From positions 1,733,473 through 1,797,472 of the forward strand of contig OY759675.1 of the NCBI GenBank assembly GCA_963662515.1: DNA of 64,000 bases, in the 5' to 3' direction. Below are positions 17,519-24,960 of the stretch, piece after piece. The translations under genes and the position numbers were made by a program. The notes below the pieces were generated by a model. It was given only the letters and a program-made list of their open reading frames with translations. It searched no databases and was not told the origin of the DNA. How positions within the stretch are numbered: position 1 is the first letter of the stretch; every line of letters starts with the position of its first letter. The DNA comes from Sedimentisphaerales bacterium. Its GTDB lineage: Bacteria > Planctomycetota > Phycisphaerae > Sedimentisphaerales > SM23-30.

Positions 17519-19666
17519 ATGGAGAATACTGCTATGCAGCGTTGTTTATCTGCAATTATAACAGCCGTTTTATTATGCTCTGCCTTTGCCGGGGCACAGG
17601 TTACCCGGTTCGTTGATGTCTTTGTCGGAACTCAGGGAGATCACGGCCAGTTACATCCGGGAGCTACAGTTCCTTTTGGTCTGGTGGTGCTTGGCCCTGA
17701 TACTGATGGCGGCTTACACACCGGCTATGATTATGCCAATGATAATATAAAGGGTTTTTCCCATACCAGAGTGCCTGGTGTCGGCTGCAGTGGGGCGGGC
17801 GAGACTTTGCGGGTTACTCCTTCGCTGGGTAAAAACCTTCGTGATACGATGGATAAGAAAACCGAGGCAGGCTGCCCCGGCTATTATACCGTTACGCTTG
17901 CCAGCGGCATTAAGGCCCGGCTAACCGCCTCGACCAGAGCCGGGTTCCACAGCTATTCGTTCCCGATATCAGATCAGGATATCAATATTCATTTCGATCC
18001 CAGTAAGAGTCTTTCGGGTATTAAAGAATATAACTGGCGGGTAGTTGATAATACTCTTATTACCGGTCTGGTAAAAGCCGGCAATGTCTGCGGACATGGT
18101 TACACTGTGCTGTATTATGCAGTAAGGCTCGAAACTCCGCTGCTGAGCTGGGAAGCTGCCGAGAAAGGACTGTGGTGTAATTTCGGCCGGGCAGATAAGC
18201 CGCGGATCATACAGCTAAAGGTCGGTCTCTCTCCGATCAGTGTCGAACAGGCCATTATTGAAGCTGATAATGATATGCCCGGCTGGGATTTCGAGGCAGC
18301 CTGCCGAAAGGCTGATGCGGCCTGGGAAACCGTGCTGGGTAAGGTTGATCTGGGAGTTGTTCCGGCTGAAATGGAAGAGTTCCGCAACCTTTTCTATACC
18401 TGCCTCTATCGCAGCTATCAGTATCCTAATAATGTTACTGCCAGTAACGGCCAGTATCGCATGGCCGGTGATGAAAACACTATTCGCCAGACGGCAGATA
18501 CCGCACCCGATTATGTTAACTATTCCGGCTGGAGCTCCTGGGATGATTTCCGCAAGTTCAGCCTTATAACTCTGCTCGAGCCGCAGATCGGCCATAATAT
18601 CGCCCGCTCGATCGTAGAATGGTTCGCCGGTGATTCATTTCCTCAATGGGGCAGCGGCTACTGGCCCTCAGCTACGGTTCGTCATGAATTCATCGGTGCT
18701 ATCGTCGTTGATGCCTTCTTTAAGGGGCTCAATGATTATGATCCGGAGATCGCCTATAAAGGTGTGAAGAACACTATAATGGGCAATGACCAGCTTGAGA
18801 AACCCTATCAGTATTATCTGGTAATGAAAATGGCCCGGGCTCTGGCCAAAGACAGCGAGGCAGCCGAATATGAACAAAAGGCGCAGGGTTACAAACAATA
18901 CTGGTGTGCTGAGCAGGTTGATGGCGAAGGTAATGTTCGCGGCTTTTTCACGAGCGATGGTCACAGCGTGCCCCGCGAAAAGGTAAATGAAACTAATGCT
19001 GTCTTTTATCAGGGCAATCTCTGGCATTATCGTTATTGGGTGCCGCACGATATAGATGGTCTGGCCAGATTGCGGGGCAGTAAAACGCTGCTGGCCGATG
19101 ATCTGGAATATTACTTTGCCAATTATCAGCATATACCCCATAATCAGCCGCCGCTGACCTGGCCGTATCTTTTCAATTATCTCGACCGCCCCTGGCGCAC
19201 GCAATACTGGAGCAGACATTTCCTCACTGAGCCCGTTACGGTCATTCACGAAAGCCGCGGTAAGTTTCGCACGCCTCTGTTTGAGCGGGTGATTAAAAAG
19301 TCGCCTGATGGCTATATGCTTACTATGGATGATGATGCCGGGTCCATGGCCAGTAACTTTGTATTCAGTGCGATGGGCCTTTATCCTGCCTGTATGGGTG
19401 AACCCTCTTTCGTCATCGGTTCGCCCTTATTCCCGCAAATGACTCTGACATTGACCGATGGTAAACAATTCAATATTATCGCACGCAACAGTACGCTGGC
19501 CAATAAGTACATCCAGAGTGCCACACTCAATGGTGAACCTTATGATCAATGCTGGATAAACTATAGCGATATTATCAAAGGCGGAACCCTGCAATTCGAG
19601 ATGGGACCAGTCCCCAATTTCGACTGGTCCTTACGCCGCCCCTTGCGCCGGGGGGGCGAGTCTTGA
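17519..19666 (+). CDS. Glycoside hydrolase family 92 (alpha-mannosidase-type), secreted
   Basis: It has a signal peptide (MQRCLSAIITAVLLCSAFAGAQ). GH92 N-terminal blocks are present (FVGTQGDHGQLHPGATVPFG, GFSHTRVPGVGCSG), as is the C-terminal block DDAGSMASNFVFSAMGLYPACMGEPSFVIGSPLF. The last 13 codons overlap a repeat module (see findings). Confidence 0.85.
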   Translation: MENTAMQRCLSAIITAVLLCSAFAGAQVTRFVDVFVGTQGDHGQLHPGATVPFGLVVLGPDTDGGLHTGYDYANDNIKGFSHTRVPGVGCSGAGETLRVTPSLGKNLRDTMDKKTEAGCPGYYTVTLASGIKARLTASTRAGFHSYSFPISDQDINIHFDPSKSLSGIKEYNWRVVDNTLITGLVKAGNVCGHGYTVLYYAVRLETPLLSWEAAEKGLWCNFGRADKPRIIQLKVGLSPISVEQAIIEADNDMPGWDFEAACRKADAAWETVLGKVDLGVVPAEMEEFRNLFYTCLYRSYQYPNNVTASNGQYRMAGDENTIRQTADTAPDYVNYSGWSSWDDFRKFSLITLLEPQIGHNIARSIVEWFAGDSFPQWGSGYWPSATVRHEFIGAIVVDAFFKGLNDYDPEIAYKGVKNTIMGNDQLEKPYQYYLVMKMARALAKDSEAAEYEQKAQGYKQYWCAEQVDGEGNVRGFFTSDGHSVPREKVNETNAVFYQGNLWHYRYWVPHDIDGLARLRGSKTLLADDLEYYFANYQHIPHNQPPLTWPYLFNYLDRPWRTQYWSRHFLTEPVTVIHESRGKFRTPLFERVIKKSPDGYMLTMDDDAGSMASNFVFSAMGLYPACMGEPSFVIGSPLFPQMTLTLTDGKQFNIIARNSTLANKYIQSATLNGEPYDQCWINYSDIIKGGTLQFEMGPVPNFDWSLRRPLRRGGES

Positions 19667-19689
19667 TCACTCTTGCCCTTCGTTGAGCG

Positions 19690-19733
19690 TTAAGTGCTGC
19701 TTGGGTTTTATGTTTCACACGGTACTATCTAAA
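19690..19733 (+). repeat. Repeat module C, copy 1 (44 bp)
   Basis: TTAAGTGCTGCTTGGGTTTTATGTTTCACACGGTACTATCTAAA is near-identical to 19914-19957. Confidence 0.85.
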
Positions 19734-19751
19734 CAGTAGCCACGGCAAGTT

Positions 19752-19883
19752 TCGCCCGTGCGGCGTAAGCACCGCCGGGGGGGCGAGACCAGGTAGCTCA
19801 AGCATCCTTGCTTGAGATTCTTTCCGGTTGTCGGTCTGCTCTGACAATAGCAGCCAGTGGCGGTCCTTACGCCGGACGGGCGA
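19752..19883 (+). repeat. Repeat module R1, forward copy
   Basis: ...CGCCCGTGCGGCGTAAGCAC...AGGTAGCTCAAGCATCCTTGCTTGAGATTCTTTCCGGTTGTCGGTCTGCTCTGACAATAGCAGCCAGTGGCGGTCCTTACGCCGGACGGGCGA is the reverse complement, with a few mismatches, of 21203-21298. Confidence 0.85.
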
Positions 19884-19913
19884 ATCATTATCACTCGCGC
19901 CCTCCGCGGGGTA

Positions 19914-19957
19914 TTAAGTGCTATTTGGGTTTTCTGTTTCACACGGTACTATCTAAA
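19914..19957 (+). repeat. Repeat module C, copy 2 (44 bp)
   Basis: TTAAGTGCTATTTGGGTTTTCTGTTTCACACGGTACTATCTAAA. Confidence 0.85.
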
Positions 19958-20170
19958 GACTTGCCGTGGCGACAGTTGAGATCAGGCTGGTTTTCTGTCT
20001 TAAAAATAATAGGTCTCATAGGTCCCATCGGTCCCATTCTTCCCGGCATCGAGATTGAACAATGCGACCTATGAGACAGATGCGACCTATGGGACCTATG
20101 TTTTCTTTTCCCTGCACCGAGATTGACCTAAGGGACCAATGTTGAAAAAAATAATTTTCGTGTGTTTCGT
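19958..20170 (+). repeat. Repeat module D, forward copy 1 (internally a hairpin of phased 9-mers; carries a roughly 40-bp extra insert)
   Basis: GACTTGCCGTGGCGACAGTTGAGATCAGGCTGGTTTTCTGTC...ATAGGTCTCATAGGTCCCATCGGTCCC...GACCTATGAGACAGATGCGACCTATGGGACC...AATAATTTTCGTGTGTTTCGTG. Confidence 0.85.
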
Positions 20171-20192
20171 GGTCCTTACGCCGGACGGGCGA

Positions 20193-20375
20193 GACTTGCC
20201 AGTGGCGACAGTTGAGATCAGGCTGGTTTTCTGTCTTTTAAAAAATAGGTCCCATAGGTCTCATCGGTCCCATTGGTCCCATTCTTCCCGGCATCGAGAT
20301 TGAACAATGCGACCTATGAGACACATGCGACCTATGGGACCAATGTTGAAAAAAATAATTTTCGTGTGTTTCGTG
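20193..20375 (+). repeat. Repeat module D, forward copy 2
   Basis: It is near-identical to 19958-20170 minus the insert. It is separated from copy 1 by the 22-bp tail motif GGTCCTTACGCCGGACGGGCGA (20171-20192). Confidence 0.85.
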
Positions 20376-20519
20376 TGATTCGTGGTTGAAAATCTTTCTT
20401 TCGATTTATGGTCCAATAAGTTTATTTTGGGGCGGATTAAATTTGAAATGTTTCGGGGCAAAGTGGTTTGGCGGTTTTCTTTTTGGGAATCTTATTTTTC
20501 CAGTTTGATTTGCCGTAAA

Positions 20520-20800
20520 GTGAATTTGAAAAACGATTTTGTAAATTGGAAAAACCGTTTTTCAAATTGGGAAAATCATTTTGTAAGTTTGAAAAATCAT
20601 TTTGTAAATTGGGAATGTCATTTTTCAAATTTGAAAAATGGTTTTGTAAATTTGATTTGTCGTTTTGTAAATTTGAAAAACGATTTTGTAAATTTGAAAA
20701 GTCATTTTGTAAATTTGAAAAATGATTTTGTAAATTTGAAAAATGGTTTTGTAAATTTGAAAAATGGTTTTGTAAATTTGAAAAATGGTTTTGTAAATTG
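20520..20800 (+). repeat. Tandem array: 13 complete copies plus 1 partial copy of a 21-bp AT-rich unit (consensus GTAAATTTGAAAAATGGTTTT)
   Basis: I counted unit boundaries every 21 nt from 20520. The copies at 20730, 20751 and 20772 are identical, and copies become progressively more diverged toward the left. One or two degenerate copies are likely at 20478-20519. Confidence 0.95.
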
Positions 20801-20863
20801 CAGTTATCGGAATTTGGATTTATTTTGCGGCGTTTTCAGTATTGAAAACGGCTGGAGCTACCA

Positions 20864-20887
20864 AAAACAGCCCTTTGGGGCTGTTTT
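20864..20887. terminator. Symmetric terminator-like hairpin in the unique core of the foldback
   Basis: AAAACAGCCC-TTTG-GGGCTGTTTT forms a 10-bp stem whose A-run/T-run ends make it symmetric and bidirectional. Confidence 0.45.
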
Positions 20888-20936
20888 AGAGCCGGTGAGC
20901 ATTGGAGCAGGGGAACAGGAGAGAGGAAAGAGCAAA

Positions 20937-21084
20937 ACATAGGTCCCATAGGTCACATGCGTCTCATAGGTCCCATTCTTCAATGCCGGTGCCGGGATTA
21001 TGGGACCGATGGGACCAATGGGACCAATGGGACCTATTCTTTAAAAGCCAGAAAACCAGCCTGCTCTCGATTGTCGCCACTGGC
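20937..21084 (-). repeat. Repeat module D, inverted copy
   Basis: The reverse complement reads GCCAGTGGCGACAATCGAGAGCAGGCTGGTTTTCTGGCTTTTAAAGAATAGGTCCCATTGGTCCCATTGGTCCCATCGGTCCCATAATCCCGGCACCGGCATTGAAGAATGGGACCTATGAGACGCATGTGACCTATGGGACCTATGTT, which is colinear with 20197-20345. Confidence 0.85.
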
Positions 21085-21201
21085 TGCATTTGTCAGAGCA
21101 GACTGACAATCGGGAAGAATCTCAAGTCCCGAAGCGAGTTCGGGATTTCGGAGTACCTCAACCGCTTGAGCTACCTTGTTCCGCCCGTCCGGCGTAAGGA
21201 C
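21076..21201 (-). repeat. Repeat module R1, inverted copy 1 (long variable hairpin)
   Basis: GCCACTGGCTGCATTTGTCAGAGCAGACTGACAATCGGGAAGAATCTCAAG-[TCCCGAAGCGAGTTCGGGATTTCGGAGTACCTCAACCG]-CTTGAGCTACCTTGTTCCGCCCGTCCGGCGTAAGGAC. Confidence 0.85.
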
Positions 21202-21202
21202 C

Positions 21203-21298
21203 GCCACTGGCTGCAATTGTCAGAGCAGACTGACAATCGGGAAGAATCTCAAGCAAGGATGCTTGAGCTACCTGGTTCCGCCCGTGCGGCGTAAGCAC
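21203..21298 (-). repeat. Repeat module R1, inverted copy 2 (short hairpin)
   Basis: GCCACTGGCTGCAATTGTCAGAGCAGACTGACAATCGGGAAGAATCTCAAGCAAGGATGCTTGAGCTACCTGGTTCCGCCCGTGCGGCGTAAGCAC. It ends 31 nt before the stop of the convergent gene. Confidence 0.85.
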
Positions 21299-21328
21299 AG
21301 GATTTGATAAACTTTATTTTTTGAGTTT

Positions 21329-23986
21329 TTATTCCGGCATGGGCACGATAAGATTCTCGGGTAATCTCAGTGGTCTGGGTGAATAAAAATATTCCAGTAC
21401 GGAAATGCCATCGCTTATGCCTTTGCATGACAGCGATGTAACTGTATAGCTCATAATTACGCTGTTGGTCAGGCATACTCCAGAGTTTTTAATTGTAAGA
21501 GCCAGAGAATAATTCTCTTCAAAGTCATTTTCCGACCCGGTGGGGTAATTGATTTCATCTTTTACCCCGATCAGCAGATTGGCATCAGACAGAGCCCCGG
21601 CCATTATTTTTTTTGCGTGACCGGCTATTCGCCAGGTACAGTTTTGTATCTCTCCACTTACAGAGGCGCTGGTCAGTGCTATCTGACCGGCAGCATTTTC
21701 CCCATCGAGGTTAATATCTGCTTCAAAATCGCTTTTACAGCTAAGGGTCTTGAGCCATTGGGCGTTGATCTGTGATGATCCGCCGGAGGTCAGCCAGCTG
21801 TTAACTTTTATACTGCTTATCGGCAGAGCCGGGCAAAGCAGGGCGGTATTGTTTATATTCGCTGCGGTGAGGCTGATGGCTGTTTTGGGGTTATCGCTGT
21901 TGCCGGCAATTGATATAACGGCATCTGATATGTTACCGATCATTAGTTTTGTCATTATGCCGCTCACTGTTATGTCGCCGGCCAGGTCGCACTTTTTGGC
22001 ATTAAGGTTGAACGATCCTTCGCAGTTGATATCTCCCAGAATGGTTGTCGCACCCCTGGTTTTGGTCGCTACGGTCAGGGTAGTTGCCGACGAGTTGCCG
22101 ATCAGGTTTATAGTGCTGCGATCCTGAGCTATTTCTCCCTGACCATCTTTCAGGCTGTACTGATTCAGAATACCATTATTATCTATGAGTGTCAGCCTGG
22201 CATTGTTGCGGCCGTTAAAGTTTCCAAATTTCCAGTTTATCTCCTGAACTCCGGCATTAAGCACATTGCTGTTGCTGCTTTCATCTGTCTCATCGATTGT
22301 ATTCTCATAGTCAAGCTGTGCCAGCAGATAGTAGCTACCCGCTTCTATATCTGAAGGAACAGTGTAAGAATACGAGTAGCGGCGGGCGGTTTTATTGTCA
22401 GCCGCCGGGAACTTTAATCGCAGAGCTCGCGGCGTCGTATAGAGCAGGGTATCATCCTGGCTAATATAAGCATCTGCTGAATAATATAACTTTATTCCCA
22501 TTTCGCCAGTCAGTGCCATATCACCATCATTCCTAAGCGTTATAGTGACTTTGCCTTTATCGCCCGGCAGTATCGCTTCCGGGAATTTTATTGCGGCCGC
22601 TGCTTCTCCGGCAATATCTATACCAGAAGGTATCTCAGACACTTCATAACAGCCGATATCAACGAACTTATAGATTATCCGTTCATTGCCGGCGAGGTCA
22701 TAGTTCAGTCCGGCACTAAGGCTGGTTTTGCCTGTATTAAAGCATTGTGAATCTGCGTTTATCTGATAGCTGCCGGACTGGTATAATTCTCCCTGCCATA
22801 TACCTGTTTGTTCAAACTGCGGATCAGTGTCCATATTGCCGCCCCGATTCCGGGCCAGTGAACCTGTTTGCAGATATACATATTCGTTATTAAAGCTTGG
22901 CTCCAGGCCTCCCTGAATAATATTGTGGACATATAACAATAATGAATTCTCGCCGGTTATAGCCATCTCACTATATTGGCCCTCATAACCGTACTGGTCC
23001 TGGCCGACCACATTATTATATATTATGCTGTTTGCCAGCAGCAGTTCGCTATTGGACAGCTTCGCTCCGCCCCCCTGGCTGTTAGTGCGATTTTCAGTTA
23101 TCGTACAATTGATTATCGTATTGTTTTCGGTGCCGCTGCTGAAGGGGCTATTGCCCAGATAAACACCTCCGCCATGACTGTCGGCATAATTTCCTGCTAT
23201 CAGGCTGCTGCTTAGTGTCAGGCCGCTCAGGGTGTCGCCATATAATGCCCCGCCAAAATTACCGGCATAATTACCGATAAAACTGCACCTGTCAATATAT
23301 ACGCCCATAGTATTATCTTCAAACGACAAAGCACCGCCATCGCCTCCCAGGTCATTATCTGAGCTTATATTGTCTGTGAAGCTGCATCCACTTATATTTA
23401 CGGCTATGTTGCCTGTTACCGATATTGCACCACCTGAGACCTCTGCCTGATTAAGATCGAAATCGCAATTGCTTATTAGTACTGCTGAACTGGAACCGCT
23501 TACAGCGACCGCTCCGCCGGTACTGACCGAATAACAACTCGAAAAGCTGCTCTCCTGTATATCAACCGCTGAGTTATTCACCAGAATTGCCCCGCCAATG
23601 GTGTTATAGCCGTTTTTGATAATTATCCGCTTCAGGGTTAACGATGCATTATTTGTGAGATTAAATGCCCGCATATATGACTGTGAGCTTCCTGTACAAT
23701 CTATTGTGACCGGGGCTGCATCATCCGGGCCTTCCGGCCGGATGGTTATAGCCAGACCGCTTATTTCTATATTTACATTACCCGCCGAAGAATAGCCGCC
23801 AGTTCGGGCTGCCAGCACGATCTCATCGCCATTTGTCGCTGCTTCTACCGCATCAGCTATGGTCGGGTAAGCCCCCGGCACATGCAATTCGGCTGCCCGG
23901 GAATAACCGACAGGTATTATAGATATTAAACATATAATCGCTAATAATTGCACAAATCCGACATAAGTTTTTTTTGTTTTTTCCAT
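21329..23986 (-). CDS. Secreted right-handed parallel beta-helix protein with PMP-like (GGA[ILV]) repeats and a CARDB-like domain
   Basis: It has a signal peptide (LLAIICLISIIPVGYSRA). Repeated GGAILV / GGAVAV / SGGAISV / GGALSF / GGALYG / HGGGVYL / GGGAKL motifs occur at roughly 25-30 aa spacing, with FxxN-type partners. A CARDB-like block is present (GKVTITLRNDGDMALTG). Confidence 0.7.
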   Translation of the reverse strand: MEKTKKTYVGFVQLLAIICLISIIPVGYSRAAELHVPGAYPTIADAVEAATNGDEIVLAARTGGYSSAGNVNIEISGLAITIRPEGPDDAAPVTIDCTGSSQSYMRAFNLTNNASLTLKRIIIKNGYNTIGGAILVNNSAVDIQESSFSSCYSVSTGGAVAVSGSSSAVLISNCDFDLNQAEVSGGAISVTGNIAVNISGCSFTDNISSDNDLGGDGGALSFEDNTMGVYIDRCSFIGNYAGNFGGALYGDTLSGLTLSSSLIAGNYADSHGGGVYLGNSPFSSGTENNTIINCTITENRTNSQGGGAKLSNSELLLANSIIYNNVVGQDQYGYEGQYSEMAITGENSLLLYVHNIIQGGLEPSFNNEYVYLQTGSLARNRGGNMDTDPQFEQTGIWQGELYQSGSYQINADSQCFNTGKTSLSAGLNYDLAGNERIIYKFVDIGCYEVSEIPSGIDIAGEAAAAIKFPEAILPGDKGKVTITLRNDGDMALTGEMGIKLYYSADAYISQDDTLLYTTPRALRLKFPAADNKTARRYSYSYTVPSDIEAGSYYLLAQLDYENTIDETDESSNSNVLNAGVQEINWKFGNFNGRNNARLTLIDNNGILNQYSLKDGQGEIAQDRSTINLIGNSSATTLTVATKTRGATTILGDINCEGSFNLNAKKCDLAGDITVSGIMTKLMIGNISDAVISIAGNSDNPKTAISLTAANINNTALLCPALPISSIKVNSWLTSGGSSQINAQWLKTLSCKSDFEADINLDGENAAGQIALTSASVSGEIQNCTWRIAGHAKKIMAGALSDANLLIGVKDEINYPTGSENDFEENYSLALTIKNSGVCLTNSVIMSYTVTSLSCKGISDGISVLEYFYSPRPLRLPENLIVPMPE

Positions 23987-24412
23987 CTGACTGCTCTTTC
24001 GTTTTGCTATTATTATCTCAAGTTATGAGAATAAAAGTCTTTATGGCTTTTAGCACTCTCTCTTTTAATCTTAGACCTTATCGGCCCGTTATTCAAGTCT
24101 TTTTTGAATCCTGTTTACTGTTCAGAGCACGCTTCTGCAGTTAGCTCCATAATTTTCTGCGATAGTTTTTACCGTTGTTAGTGAAGAAATCCGTACGAAC
24201 GGTAACCATAATTATGTTGATGAATAAATAATGCAAATAAGCGATTTTGTCTTGAATTGAACCATTAATCCGATTATTATCCTTATTGTTCTTGGTATAT
24301 TATTATAAAGCCCTTAATTCATAACTGTGTGTTCCATATCTGGTCTTTTTTTTGATCATTTATTGGTTTATGGCTGTTTTGTTAATTATATTTTTTTTAT
24401 AAGGATTATATT

Positions 24413-24835
24413 ATGGGAGATTATAGCTCTGGGCCTGCAACTTCTGTTTTTCTTACGGTTGGTTTGATCTTAATTCTGGTTATTCTGGTTAAGATCTTTT
24501 ATCTTATGGCTTTATCCCGGGCTTTACACTGCTGTTCGGCCCAGAATCGTAAGATATCGCCCGGCATGGTCTGGCTCGAAATTATTCCAGTTATTGGCTT
24601 TATCTGGGCTTTTGTTAATGTTATTCAGGTCTCTGGTTCTTTGGGGGCTGAATTTCGCAGTAGAGGGATCGAGCAGCAGGATAATCCTTCTATGGTACTG
24701 GGGATTGTTGCCTGTGCCCTTAATGTTGGCTCATCGGTCTTACCTTTTGCCGGTATTGCCGGGTTGATCTGCTGGATCATTTACTGGGTTAAAATTAACT
24801 CTTATGCTAATAGTTTACTCACTCAGGGTGAATGA
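24413..24835 (+). CDS. Small integral membrane protein (about 4 TM helices), unknown function
   Basis: The ORF has four hydrophobic segments. Its stop overlaps the annotated start of the next ORF. Confidence 0.5.
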   Translation: MGDYSSGPATSVFLTVGLILILVILVKIFYLMALSRALHCCSAQNRKISPGMVWLEIIPVIGFIWAFVNVIQVSGSLGAEFRSRGIEQQDNPSMVLGIVACALNVGSSVLPFAGIAGLICWIIYWVKINSYANSLLTQGE

Positions 24836-24960
24836 TAATTCCATATATTTATTACGCATTAGACCGTTTTTCGCTTACTAGCTTTCTTTTTTATGATTTT
24901 TCCTATCTTGTAAGCGCGAACGCATACCTGTTCCTTAATTTTCAGAAAGTGAGTGTTACG

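Noticed and set aside
20520-20800. A CRISPR array
   Set aside because: The repeats are directly head-to-tail with no unique spacers, the unit is only 21 bp and AT-rich without a palindromic core, and no cas genes are in the window.
20382-20942. A 186-aa ORF encoding a heptad-like repeat protein (..FVNLKNDFVNLKSHFVNLKNGFVNLKNG..)
   Set aside because: The open frame is a by-product of the 21-bp (7-codon) tandem DNA repeat. Other frames on both strands are also open across the array (for example 20437..20628 on the minus strand). There is no RBS or credible N-terminus, and the ORF runs on into other repeat modules. It is treated as non-coding, but translation cannot be excluded without expression data.
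19958-21084. A chromosomal replication origin (9-mer clusters plus AT-rich repeats)
   Set aside because: The 9-mers (ATAGGTCCC) do not resemble DnaA boxes. No dnaA, dnaN or gidA-type neighbours are present, and the locus lies between the 3' ends of two accessory genes. The idea is kept only as a weaker iteron-like hypothesis in the findings.
19715-21294. Other ORF-track entries inside the foldback (19715..19942-, 19808..20074+, 20261..20461-, 20902..21294+, 21034..21216-), including WDQWDQWD and HRSHRSHASHRSH peptides
   Set aside because: They are composed of translated repeat modules (9-mers and R1 hairpins). They lack start contexts and overlap one another on both strands.
17068-24235. A palindromic ACCGTTC..ACGGT-like motif seen at 17072-17085 and in a related form at 24196-24235, considered as a possible shared operator
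   Set aside because: There are only two loose occurrences with different spacing. One of them is part of the terminal repeat of the MITE-like element. The evidence is insufficient.
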